NCBI RefSeq assembly: GCF_009914755.1
Contig: NC_060928.1
Length of the DNA stretch: 64,000 nt
Reading direction: 5' to 3' (one strand)
Source: the human T2T-CHM13v2.0 reference genome, Homo sapiens
Shown here: positions 27,181-42,070 of the stretch, piece after piece
Layout: each line of letters starts with the position of its first letter
Numbering within the stretch: the stretch's first letter is position 1
Notes under the pieces: model-generated
What the model was told of the DNA's origin: nothing
What the model saw: only the letters and a program-made list of their open reading frames with translations
Databases searched by the model: none
Made by a program: the position numbers and the translations under genes

Positions 27181-29468
27181 GGTTGAAGCACAAAATTTTA
27201 AAAATAATTTTTATGTTTAATTTAGAGAGAAAAAATGAGGAGGCACTGGCCAACAGAGAGTAAAGGCTGAAAGAAGAAGAGCAGCAATTTAGAGATATTA
27301 TAAAGAAAAAATATAATGGCTTTGAGCCATTTTGGGGAAAAATGATCTTAGCCTTTAAAAACCAAAAGCAATTCTGAAAATTGAGAGGCTTAAAAGGAAT
27401 ATTTTATAAAATGACTGTAGCTGCTCATAGTGACATTATTCTGATAACGCAATCAACCGCAGATTCTCACAAATGACTCTTACCAAGAATGCATTTATAG
27501 CAAGAACATATTCATAGCTTTACTTAAAAAGTGTTGCTTTAAGACATTTATTTACCTTGCTTGGGCAGTAGTGAGTAGAGAAGATTCTTAGAAATAAAAC
27601 ATCTACTTCTGGAGAAAGATCATGATTATAACGAAATTTCACCCCTTGCCAAATGCCTATTGATTATTTCAAGATTTCAAGGTCCAGATCAAATGTTACT
27701 TTCTTGTTACATTTTCTTTTCAGGATAAAATTATTTATTCTTTTCTGATTTTTAATATAACTTTATCTATTAAATCATTTATCCAGTAGATATTTATCAA
27801 CACACACATTTTGTTGTGATAGAGATGCAGAAAAAATTTTTAAATCTGCCTTTAAAAAAACAAATTCTAAGGGTGAAAAAATAGTATGGATAGAAAAAAA
27901 AAATGTGAATAGAGGCCTAACTATAAAGTGTGCCTTTTAGGATGGTGTAATGAGGTCTGGAAGAAAGGGTTGCAAAGACATTTTCAGAGGAAAATTGGTT
28001 TCTGAAACAAGCCTTGAAGAAAAAGGAGTTAATTAGGCAAAGTAAAAAGAACCTGTGTGCATTTATCATATCACATGAAAAATATTTCTTTATGTATCTA
28101 CCTCATATTTCCTCAATCTGAGAGCAAATATAGGTATCACAATTTACTTCTTTGTTCTGCTAGCACTTAGAAAGAGTACTTGGGTTTTAGGTGTCACTCA
28201 ACAAATTAATAATATATAATGTATAGACATGGAAAAGATAAAATAGTGACTCTGAGGTAAGTGCTGTTTTGTACTACGGGAACATCAAGAACAGAGATGG
28301 AGGACTTTAAAAAAAAACTTCTTGGAATTAGGATTTTGGTAAGAAAGCAATTGTGGCAGCACAGTTCTTGAAATTTTTTATATTTTTCCCATAAAATTAA
28401 ACAGAACAGCTAAGAGAGAAAAAAAAAAACAGGACAATGAAACTAAAAAGTCATGGAAAATGAATTTAATAGTTAGGAGGAAAATATTCTCATGTAACTC
28501 AACATCTGAGTGGGAAGGGATAAACCATCAACTACAAAACCTACACAGAATCAGTATTTGTACATGAGGAAGTAGGGGGAAGTAATGGAATATCAAACGG
28601 ACCTAGAATCACCAGAATAACTATTAGCTATTCACTCGAAATCAGAAACAGCTGGTTTGAGAACAGTGAGTACAAAGGTAAAGGGTTAACATACTCCAAT
28701 GGGTAAGTGCAAAGAACTGGGATAAGGTTTAAAAGAGATAAAATATTAATAATTTGAGCTCATGAGCCCTCAAAACTAACTAGCTACATTTCACTTTCAG
28801 GACAGCCCATTCTGAAAAAAACAAAAAACAAAAACATAAACAAACAAACAAAAAACGTTAAAAATAGACTCTGAGGGGAAAAGGACAGGGACAATGAAGA
28901 TAAAGAGAAAAAGAAAGTCCAGATAAAATGTGGGAGGGAAGAGAGCCAAAGTCTGAAAAACCAAGCCATGTATATTTAACACTTTACAGATGAAAAACCT
29001 CTGGAGTTATAAAATTAGGAAACAATCTCATCATGTCTCCCATCTAAAAGTTCAGGAAAATACTTTTGCATACAAATGAGAAACGGAAATAAATAAACCC
29101 AAATTTTATACAATGTTCATATATTTAAAAAGGACAGAAGTCTAAATTAGAGAGAACATAAGAACAAATACACATACAATTTATGCATGAAGAGAAGATA
29201 CAACAAGAAAGTTTTAATATGTAAAAAAATGACAAAAAAGAATTAGATAAAAATATAGAACAGAAGCAAAGTAGATCCAACTAACCCATAGTAGAAATAT
29301 CTGAGCAAAAAAGAAATTGCAAGTAATCATAACTATAACTTTAGAAAGCATATTAAAACAACATTAAATAAAATCTGAAATTCTATGTTGAATGAAGAAA
29401 TGCGCCACATTCCTGAAAAACTTCGATTCATTCTTGGAAAAACTTACCTATAATGCCTAACAAGAAAC

Positions 29469-30241
29469 TGTTACAGGTAGTTAGACAGGCATGAGTGGGG
29501 GCAGGAGAGGGCTCTCCCTCATCCACTAGGAATGTCGGGCGATGGTTTGGCAATTATCAGATTTTCTCTCTACAAATGATAAACTGGCAGCCAGCGCCAG
29601 GGAGTGGCCATTTTTTGATGGTCCACACCTGTTGCACTAAAATATTAATTGACCACAGATGCCAGGGAGAAGCAACTTCCTGGACATGCACATTATCGCG
29701 CCATTGCACTCCAGCCTGGGCGACAGAGTAAGACTCCGTCTCACACACACACAAAAAGAGACAAAATGGTGAAGTACGACTTCCTGGGGGGCACATCATC
29801 GAGAAAGGGAAGAAACCCTCAGATAGGCATGGATACAAATTCCTGAACACACTGTGCATGTTCACTTCCCAAACATAAGGAGGGCACTCATGCACGCAGC
29901 TCACCCTAAGGAAAGAATCCTAGGAAAGGCACAAGCCTCTAAAGTCCTAGGATCAAAGTTCAACACTGCACTTGTTCTTCAGGTTGCCCCCTTGGGTCTC
30001 TTCCAAGCATACTTTCCTTTCTTTCCTGTTGTAAACCCTTTTAAAATAAACTTCAACTTCTGCTCTGAAACTTGCCTCAGTCTCTTTTTCTGTTTTATGC
30101 CCCTCAGTCAAATTCTTTCTTCTGAGGCGGCAAGAACTGAAGTTGCTGCAGACCCATATGGACTCCCTGCTGATAGCTCAGATACCTTCCACCAGTAACA
30201 TATTTGGTGGCATGAGACTCAGATATTTGCCACCCCTAGCA
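29469..30241 (+). mobile_element. Solo ERV1 LTR (MER50-like)
   Basis: TG...CA termini, AATAAA near 30045, and a 4-bp TSD aaac at 29465-29468 and 30242-30245. Confidence 0.85.
29695..29765 (+). mobile_element. Very short Alu 3' fragment inserted in the LTR
   Basis: atcgcgccattgcactccagcctgggcgacagagtaagactccgtctc followed by (AC)n and a short A run. Confidence 0.9.
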
Positions 30242-31189
30242 AAACATCCTAATAAATTATGGATGTTACTGGAAAAGAAAAGAAAACAACTGTCATGAAG
30301 ACAGGTAAATGAAAGGGCTAGTAGAGATAAGAGAATCCAATTGTCATTAACTTTCAAAAGCTGAATAAGAATAACACTATGAACATTTTTATAATACAAA
30401 AGAACAATTGGTCAAAGATTTTTATTCCTCTTAACCTGCTTTTCAAGTATAAACACTACAGATACCCTATCATCAAAATGAAATTTTTCCAGGAATATAT
30501 TCCCCAGAATTCTTCTAGAGAATGAGTATTTTAGAATTAAAATTATGGGGAAATATTGAGATATAGTAGTTATCTCTTAAATATATATTTAAATGTAGAG
30601 TAGAATAAATTAGGAACAAAAAGGAGAGTGGAAATTATATAATATCTATTATCTTCTCAAATGTTGATGCAGTTAAAAAAACAGAAAAAGTATATCCAAA
30701 ATATTCTTTAAAATATTTTCTTAAATCAAATGGGTGAATGCTGTATTGACATTCTGAGAATGTTCTATGTGTAATGTAGAATAATGAGAAAAAAAGTCTT
30801 ACTTTAATTTCATCTTCCCTTTTGTCCTTGAGAACCATGATTCTTTGTGGGGAAAAAAAGGAATAATAGATGTGAGCTGAAGAACTTTGTAAATACTAAG
30901 TAGACTAGAATTTAAACTGGGAGTATCAATTTAAGCTCAATGTATCAAATCTCAAAAAATAATTATTTCGTATTAAAGACAAAAAAGCTCTTCTAGCTCT
31001 GACAACATCAAAGGTCTAGAAACAATGACATATCCAGTATCAGTGATTGTCTGTAGCAGCCAGACTGAAATACCATTTGCTTCTAAAACAAAGCAAGCTT
31101 TCTTGGAGAAAATGCTGACTTCAAGTCTGGAACAAGAAAAAGGAACAGGATGAGCTCAGAAAATCTTGTTTTATAATGTATGGCTCTAC

Positions 31190-33240
31190 GGATAATTTTT
31201 TTTTTTTTTTAATCACTAAGCAGTTGTTTTCTAAAGGTGTGTTATTTTTATTTTTAAATTATTATACATCAAAATGTTTTCCTTTGTCTTATTTTTTGCA
31301 GACAGTTCCAACAGTCCACAATTTTAGATTCATGTAACCACTTCCACAATCAGGATACAGTATGCATCCATAATTTCTTCCAAATTCCTCATGTTATTTC
31401 CCTATAATAACATCTATCCACCCATAATGTTGGCAACACTGACCTGCTCTCTGTCACAGCAGGTTTGTCTTTGAAGAATGTCATATACAGTTAATGGATT
31501 TATATAGTATATAACTCATTAAGACTGGCTTCTATCACCAAGTGTAACATCTTTGAAATTTCTCCAAGTTATTGCACTTATCCATAGTTTGTTCTTTTTT
31601 TATTGTTGAGTGTTATCACGTTGAATAGATGATTACGTATTGTTTATCCACTCGCTGAAGAACTTTAAGTCATTTTCAGTTTTGGTATATTAATGAGAAA
31701 GTTGCTATCAACAATCATAAACAGGTTTTTGTATGCAGATAAATCTTATTTCTCTAGAATAAATATCCAGGGGTGGAATTGTTGGTTTATAAATAAATTG
31801 GTAAATAGTTGCTCTTTATGGTGGGCAGAATTATAAGATGGTCTCAACATTTCAACCCACTTCTATACACATTCTCTATAATTCCTTCTCTTTAGGTATA
31901 TACAGGGCTGGTGGATAGTATTTGATGTCACTTACATGATTATGTTATCTTACATGACAGAAGGAAACTTGCCTCTGTAATTAAAATGCCTAATAAGTTG
32001 ATTTTGCGTTAAAAAATGGAGATTGTTTTGGGTGGACATGACAATCAGGTGAGATCTAATCTTGGTCAGAGAGTGTGTACGGAGAGACAGAAGTTCTTTT
32101 TTTGGGCTTGAAGAAGCAAACTGTCTTGTTCTGGCAGGGTTACACGTCGGGAAATGGCAGGTAGCCTTGAAGAGTTCAGGATCTCAGTTCTCTAACTATA
32201 GAACCTGCATCTGTCAATAATCAAAACCTAACATTATCAATCTAGAATTCTAGATCCAGGAAAAATATCTTTCAGAAATGAAAGCAAAACAGACAAGCCC
32301 AAATAAAGAAAAATTAAGAATTTTTAGTTGTCAGACCTGCTTAAAAAGAATTGCTAATAAAGAACCCTCAGAGAAAGGTAAATCATACCAGAAGACAATT
32401 TTAAAGGTCAGAAATTAATAAAGAGCAACAGAAATAACAATTATTTGGGTAAACATAATTGCCTATTTTATGCTTGGGTTCTTTAAAACATGATTGAGGG
32501 ATGATGGCCAAAACATATAACCCTGTCAGATGGGGGTTTCAGTGTATGCACATTTGATAGATAAGGTAACTATAGCATAGAGGAGAAAGAGTAATGGGAT
32601 CTTTATGGTAAGAAGTTTTTGTAATACAGCTGAAGACGTTAAGTGGTATTTGTAATACCTAAAACAACCACTAGAAATATATGTACATACAATGACATAT
32701 AGTCAAAAATCACAGTAGATAAATTAAAATGGAATCCTAAAAATGTTCAAATAGCCCAAGGAATATATGGAATAGAAAGGGAGTGACAAAAAGGAGAGGG
32801 AAAAATAGAAAACAAATAATGGCCAAAGCTCAAATATATAAATAATAGCATTAAATGTAAATAACTAAATAAACAATAAGAGAGATGTTCATATGGGATT
32901 AATGTTATCTTAACTATGTTATTTCTACAAAATACAAATGGCCAGTGTCAGAAATTTAAAAAGGTATATATCACTATAGCCTTGATAGACATTTGAAGAA
33001 TAATAAGAGGACACATATTTTAAAATCTTAGAAAATGGACTAACTACTATGAAAGGACAAGCTAAAAGAAAACCCACCTAAGGTGAAATAGCATGAGTAC
33101 TTCCCTAATTATTAAATAAATTTAATTTGTAATACATTTTTTCATAAAAGAAATCTCCATGTTCAGAAGTTTTCATTGTCAACCTAGCAAACATTTAAAG
33201 AAATAACAAAAAAAAATATTTTCTGTAAAATGGAAGAGAA
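31190..33240. mobile_element. Mosaic of old L1M fragments and an MLT1-like LTR (about 31818-32220)
   Basis: L1 3'UTR-like text on the minus strand, L1 ORF1/ORF2-like text on the plus strand, and a MaLR-like start tatggtgggcagaatt. Confidence 0.55.
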
Positions 33241-33434
33241 GTATGTTAGTTTTCCATTGCTCTGTGGGAATCATCAAAAAATTATTGGCTTAAAACAACA
33301 GCTGTTTATTGTCTTACAGTTTCTGTAGTTTAGAAGTCCGAGTACTGCTCAACCAAGTTCATTGCTCAGAGTCTCATAAGGCTGAAATCAAGGTGTCACC
33401 TGGGACTGCTATGTCATCTGAGGATCAGAGTTGT

Positions 33435-33587
33435 TTCCAAAAAGAGCTTCCGTTAATGAATCATGTGGGTGTTTCCCACAAACGGGCTTCCGAAATGTGT
33501 TGGAAGAGAAAGGAGAGGGAGTCTGAGAGGTCCAGGCAGGAGTGAGAGAGCTCAGAGTTGGAGGTGTTTATAGGGAGGAGGGTAGCT
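33435..33587 (-). pseudogene. Retroviral pol fragment (connection/RNase H junction)
   Basis: Translates as ATLLPINTSNSELSHSCLDLSDSLSFLFQHISEARLWETPT*FINGSSFWK, like gammaretroviral 'ATLLP...H.C...WFTDGSS'. Confidence 0.75.
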
Positions 33588-33687
33588 ATGTTGGCCAGAC
33601 TGATCTCAAACTCCTGACCTCAGGTGATCCACCTGCCTCAGCCTCCCAGAGTGCTAGGATAACAGACGTGAGCCACCATGCCAGGCC
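33588..33687 (-). mobile_element. Alu 5' 100 bp only (3'-truncated)
   Basis: Reverse complement of the Alu left arm; no tail. Confidence 0.92.
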
Positions 33688-33695
33688 TTATTTCT

Positions 33696-34990
<1,295 letters not shown>

Positions 34991-35716
34991 CTGGGCTAGG
35001 CCATATTACAGAGGAAAGTAAGGCATTCAGTTTAAATGGAGTCTGCCAAACCCTGGGCTTGGGGGTTTTGGTTGAGACATGTGAGAGTGATGTTTCCAGG
35101 AGGTTTTGAGGAGACTTGCCCCATACTGGTGGCCAGGAGGGTGAAAAATATAGAGGAGGGGAGTGAGTACCCTGGAGGTGAGTGAGTACTCCAGAGGGGA
35201 GTGAGTACCCCGATTCCTGCCCAGAGGAGAGAGGAGGAGGAGAGCCAGGGTGTCCCCTCAGCTCTTCACTGTGCCCTGGAGGTTGGAGCGGCTGAAGTGG
35301 CGAGTGTGCTGAGGTCATCCCTTTAGAAGGCAGAACACGGTCACCTGGTGACCTTGGAGACCTCTCACACAGCTCCGGGATCTTCTGGTGAACCGGCAGA
35401 AATATCAGAGAAATCTGGAAAGGAGGAAAAGGGAGACTCACCTAGTAATTAGAGACCAGTGTTGGATGATATGTCCAGCAATGGGATTGATCCTTGCCAG
35501 AGCTGCCCAGAAAGGGGAAGGAAGGAAAAAGAGGATGGAGAGTTTGATCAGGATCTGGAGGTTAGCCCAGGGCCAGAGAAGAAGAGAGAATACGGGGTTC
35601 GGGGCTGGGAACAGAAAGTCCACTCAGGATCTGAAAGCAGTTCTGGGTCTAGTTTTTGCTGCTTGCTGCTTTCCAGGTTGCAAGAGAAGACTTGCCTGTT
35701 TAGAACCCAATCCCTG

Positions 35717-35734
35717 TCCTGGATTTCAGCACTA
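35717..35734 (-). other. Primer-binding site, tRNA-Phe type
   Basis: Minus strand TAGTGCTGAAATCCAGGA versus TGGTGCCGAAACCCGGGA: 14 of 18 match, all mismatches transitions, 3 nt from the LTR. Confidence 0.8.
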
Positions 35735-36592
35735 AAATGTTAGGTTTTGAAGGGAAAATGAGGGTTAAAGAAAAACACAGAGCGAGAGACAGTGGTGTCT
35801 CTACAGCAAATGCAGGTATATTGCAAAAACATGCAGAGGTGGGGTACCAGCTTAATGCCAGAGCCCACCACCACTTACAGGCTGGGTTACTTACAGGTAT
35901 GGGTGGGAGGGGTCTGAGCAGTATGGCTTGCTGCCTAGGAGGATATTTATAAGAAGTTCATATGATCAGGCAGTTTGGCCCTTTTTTCGGTGGGATGTGA
36001 TAGGATGTTCCTTGGACCTTTGCCCAGCAGGATATCACAGGGATGTTCCTTCAGTTGGTCCTTTGCCTGGCAGGGTATGATAAGAAAGTCAGGTGGTTGG
36101 GCAGGATCTCACGGCCCAAACCCCCAGGGAATGTTTCACCTTGACCAAGGTCTGCAAAATGGTGGTGGGGAGAGCTTACAAAATGATGCAGTTTGGACTA
36201 ACATATAGTAATTTTCTTACAACAACAAAAATGCTTTGCCACTTCTTCTAACCTTCATGGCCTCTGATGAGCAATCTGTACTGTACTCCTCTGAGAAGTC
36301 TTTTTTGTTGTTGTTTCTGGTTGCTGTGGAGATTTTTTTTCTTTAGTTCTGATCAATTTTAAGCAATGTGTCCAGTCATAGAATTCTTTGGATATATCCG
36401 TTTAAGATTTGCTCAGCCTTTTGAATTTGTTAGCTTATGTCTTTTGACAAACTTGGGAAGTTTTCAGTTATTATTCTTTTAAATATTTTTCTATAAGTCA
36501 TTGTGTGTGTCTGTTCTAAAATGCTCATTTGTTTTTTTCTTTATTTTATACTTTTTTCTGATACTTTGTTTTAATACTTGTTTCAAGAGTAC

Positions 36593-36915
<323 letters not shown>

Positions 36916-37393
36916 TTATAATACCTACATTAAAGTCCTTGTCAGATGATTTCAACATCCATGTCATCTCATCTTTGGTGTCTTTTGATTTCATTTTTCC
37001 TCTTGGTTGAGACTTTCATGCTTATATGGATGTTGAGTAACTTTAGTTTGCTTTGGGAATTTTGATTATTGCATTTTTAGATTCTGAGTCCTATCTATAT
37101 CCCAGGGAGAATGTTGATAGTTTTGTGTTAAGCATCTGTGGGCTATGGGTTCAATTTCAACTGCATGTTCAAAGACTTTGCAGTGCTATTTGGATTTGTG
37201 ACATATTTGAGCACCCAATACAGCTCAGTCTGTGACCAGTCAGAATTCTACCCATTAGTTCAATTTTTAAAGTCTTACGTAATTAGAATAAGTTCATGTG
37301 TGACAATTTAGTAGTGAGCCCCAGAGTTGAAAAACATTTTCTCACACTCCTTCTTCTCACTATGTCTCCAATACATTCCAATTCCACAGGTTC

Positions 37394-38127
<734 letters not shown>

Positions 38128-38517
38128 AGTTCTTCTTTTTGATCCTCTAGGCAAACACTCCTAAAGAATAAAAAACAAAACAAAATAAACAAAGCAACAA
38201 GACAAAAGCCAACAACGATGAGTTTTGGCCCTACCTTTTTGGAGTCTCAGGAAGAGATAGGAATGCTCTCTACCTTCACAGTTATCACCACCACAGTTAT
38301 CACCACCTATATTGCACCTAGAGCAATATAAAAAGGAAGATTAATTTTATATTGAAATTTAAGTAAAAGACAAGATGTTATACTAGAAAGCTTATAATAC
38401 TGGAATTCACCATCCCTTAAGTTCAAATCATGGCTCTAGCCATTGAAAAGTGTATTACTTTGGTCTGGATACTTCATTCATCTAATCTTCAAGGATGTCA
38501 TTTGCCGAGAAGTCAAA

Positions 38518-40655
38518 GTAATATATAAGAAGTAACCATAAAGCTTATACATTTGGATCCAAACAACCTGCAATTTCAAACAGTATATGGTGGTCATGCC
38601 AACCTATCTTTTCTCTAATAAGGTCATAATTTCATGTCCCAAATAGTTTGTAATCAATCACAAACAATTACATGAATTCAAACATTTCTCATATTTTTAT
38701 GCAGGGCAGTGATTATGTAGTTACTTTACTGATTCTTGCTCTTGTGACACAGAGGGAAACATTGAAATGAAAGTCTTCCTGAATCACTAGTACTATTTTT
38801 TTAAGATAGAAATGATTAGATATAAAAACACTATCTAAACAAAAACATATTTGCTCTCATTGGGACAGGTTTCTTTTGTGTGTGTAAGTAGGTATAAAGT
38901 ATGCTCACATGTAGAAGGAACATAAGACATTTAAAATAGTACAATTTTGCTATGATAATTGTGTATGAAGATGATGGATAGTGATAAAAAATAAAGATCA
39001 CATTCACATTAAATAATTGCTATTATACAAATGTAAAATGACATGGGTTGGTCTATATAGCTCTTGATACTGATACAATTTATCTGTGGTTTTGTCATAA
39101 AGAGGACCATTCAAACAACAATATTTTTTCAATAATTATGACCACATGATGATATTATATTATCCTCAGACTCCTCCCATTCTCAATCTACTACTACCAA
39201 GTTCCTCTTCCTGATAGCAAAGTTCTATTTATTAAATGGTATTGCAAGCTGAGGATTTTCATTAACTCATTTCCTTTGATCCAGTGTTTCTGATTGCTCA
39301 TTCTAGAAGTCAGATTTCCCTATAGATAAAAATACAACATAATATATAATTCCTCTGATCTTTGCTGTGACATTTAAGAGAAGAAAAAAATTCACAAATC
39401 CAATTATAAAATATATAATGTTAAAGAAAAATAAATTTAGAAACTAATTTGCATCATAAATATTAGATATATAATAAATATTTATTATTTAAATTACCAT
39501 TTATGCCTTTATAATAACAAGAGTTAAGCAAATCTTATTTAATCTTATATTTTATTCATATTCAGAATTGGGTACACTTTTACTATGTAAGTAAAAAGTG
39601 ACTCTTTTCATATTCATTTTCCAAGCAGTTCTTAGGAGTGCATTATTTATGAATATAGATGTTCATCTGCATTGCTCCTTTCTAAAAGGTTGTTATTGTG
39701 TCTAGATTAGACAATGTATTCAAAACTCAAAGTACAGTGTCTGGCACATCATAAGTCTCAGTACATCTTCCTTCAATTCTCTCCTGATCCTGATATACTA
39801 ACAATCACATTATCAAAAGGTTCATTATCATTTTTAACATAATCTACTTATTGAAATAGAGCTGTTTCCATTCTTTCATTGTAATTAAAATACTTAATAT
39901 AGCAGATAATTTACATTTTAATTTTTGCTTCCAGCACTAAAAGAGATTTACAGTCACTTATGAAAAAAAGCATAAAGCTTTTAGCGTTATCATTAGATTA
40001 TGAGAAAGTATTTTAAAAACTTAAAATAATTACACAATTTTAATGTTTGAAATTAGAACCCATTAGTTTTTCTTTCACAGTTACCCTAAAAACACTCATA
40101 CACATTTCCATGGCAATAGTACTGGAGCTTTTGTAAGAAAGCATAAATATTGCCCAAAAAAATTAGTGTTCACTAAGATTTCCCTTTTCTGTTCTGGATT
40201 CTTTATTCCCAATGATATAATTCTAAGAAATGGTTGTTATATACATATTAAGATATTTTGAAAAGAGTAGGAGAGTTTATGTGGTTTAAATATTATCATT
40301 AGTTAGCAAAGTATATTTATATATCTTCTACTTTACAGCTGTTAAAATAATAGTGATGATAGTGTTTAAAATACACACATTTGAAATTATAGGTATAATG
40401 TGTGTATATATATAAAATGTGTGTGTTTGTGTGTGGAGATACATATATATGTATGTATGTGTGTGTATATATATGTGTGTGTATATATATGTGTAATATA
40501 TAAGAAGTAACCATAAAGTTTATACATTTGGATCCAAACAACCTGCAATTTCAAACGGTATATGGTTGTCATGCCAACCTATCTTTTCTCTAATAAGGTC
40601 ATAATTTCATGCCTCAAATAGTTTGTAATCAATCACAAACAATTACATGAATTCA
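38518..40655 (+). repeat. 163-bp direct duplication (38518-38680 and 40493-40655)
   Basis: Ungapped alignment by eye with 5 mismatches. Confidence 0.95.
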
Positions 40656-40959
40656 TATACATATATACCTCACATGCAAAGACAGAGAAAGAAAGAACAT
40701 GATGACATATTGGTAATGCAATATTAAATGAATAAATAAGTTGTGGAGTAAATTTCCTATTAAAAAGCAATAAGTAAAACTTTATATGTAATACACACTT
40801 TTCAATATGTTTATTTAAACACAGAGATAATTGTTCAAAGTTGCACAACTACCTGATAAAGTTTGGTAATTTGGGGGAAAATAATATGGAGGAGAAGAAT
40901 GGAGAGATAATTCAACTTTTCTACATACAATTTGTATTGTTTGAATAGTTAAATCCACA

Positions 40960-42070
40960 GTTTTCCATAGTGGTTGTACTAGTTTACTTTCCCACCAGCA
41001 GTGTAAAAGTTTTCCCTTTTCACTGTATCCATGCCAACATCTATTATTTTTTGACTTTTAAATTATGGTTATTCTTGCAGGAGTAAGGTGGTATTGCATT
41101 GTTGGTTTGATTTGCATTTCCCTGATAATTAGTGATATTCAGCATTTTTTCATATGTTCATTGGCCATTTTTATATCTTTTATGAGAATTGTCTGTTCAT
41201 CTCCTTGGCCCACTTTTTGATGGGATTTTTTTTCCTGCTGATTTGTTTGACTTCCTTGTAGATTCTGGATATTAGTCCTTTATCGATTTGTAGATTGTGA
41301 AGATTTTCTCCCACTCTCTGGGTTGTCTGTTTACTCTGCTGATTATTTCTTTAGCTGTGCAGAAGTTTTTAAATTTAATTGTCATTTATTTATCTTTGTT
41401 TTTGTTGCCTTTGCTTTTGGGTTCTTGGTCATGAAGTCTTTGCCTAAGCCAATGTCTAGAAGGGTTTTTCTGACGTTATCTTCTAGAAATTTTATGATTT
41501 CAGGTCTTAGATTTTAAGTCATTGATCCATTAAGTTGATTTTTGTGTAAAGTAAGAGATGAGGATCCAGTTTCATTCTTCTACATGTGGCTTAATTATCC
41601 CAGCACCATGTTTTGAACAGGTTGTCCTTTCCCCACTTTATGTTTTGTTTGCTTTGTCAAACATCAGTTGGCTGTAAGTATTTGGGTTTATTTCTGGGTT
41701 TTCTATTCAATTCCATTGGTCTATGTGCCTATTTTTATGCCAGTACCATGCTGTTTTGGTGACTATAGCCTTGTAGCACAGTTTGAAGTCAGTTAATATG
41801 ATGCCTCCCAATTTATTCCTTTTGCTTAGACTTGCATTGGCATGTAAACTCTTTTTGGTTCCATATGAATTTTAGGATTGTTTTTTTCTAGTGCTGTGAA
41901 GAATGATGGTGGTATTTTGATGGGAACTGCATGGAATTTGTAGATTGCTTTTGGCAGTATGGTCATTTTCACAATATTGATTCTACCAATCCATGAGCAT
42001 GGGAAGTGTTTCCATTTGTTTGTGTCATCTGTGATTTCTTCCAGTGGTGTTTTGTAGTTTTCCTTTTACT
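40960..42070 (-). mobile_element. L1 ORF2 3'-region fragment
   Basis: Antisense L1 text such as ttttccatagtggttgtact and ccatgagcatggga. Confidence 0.92.
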
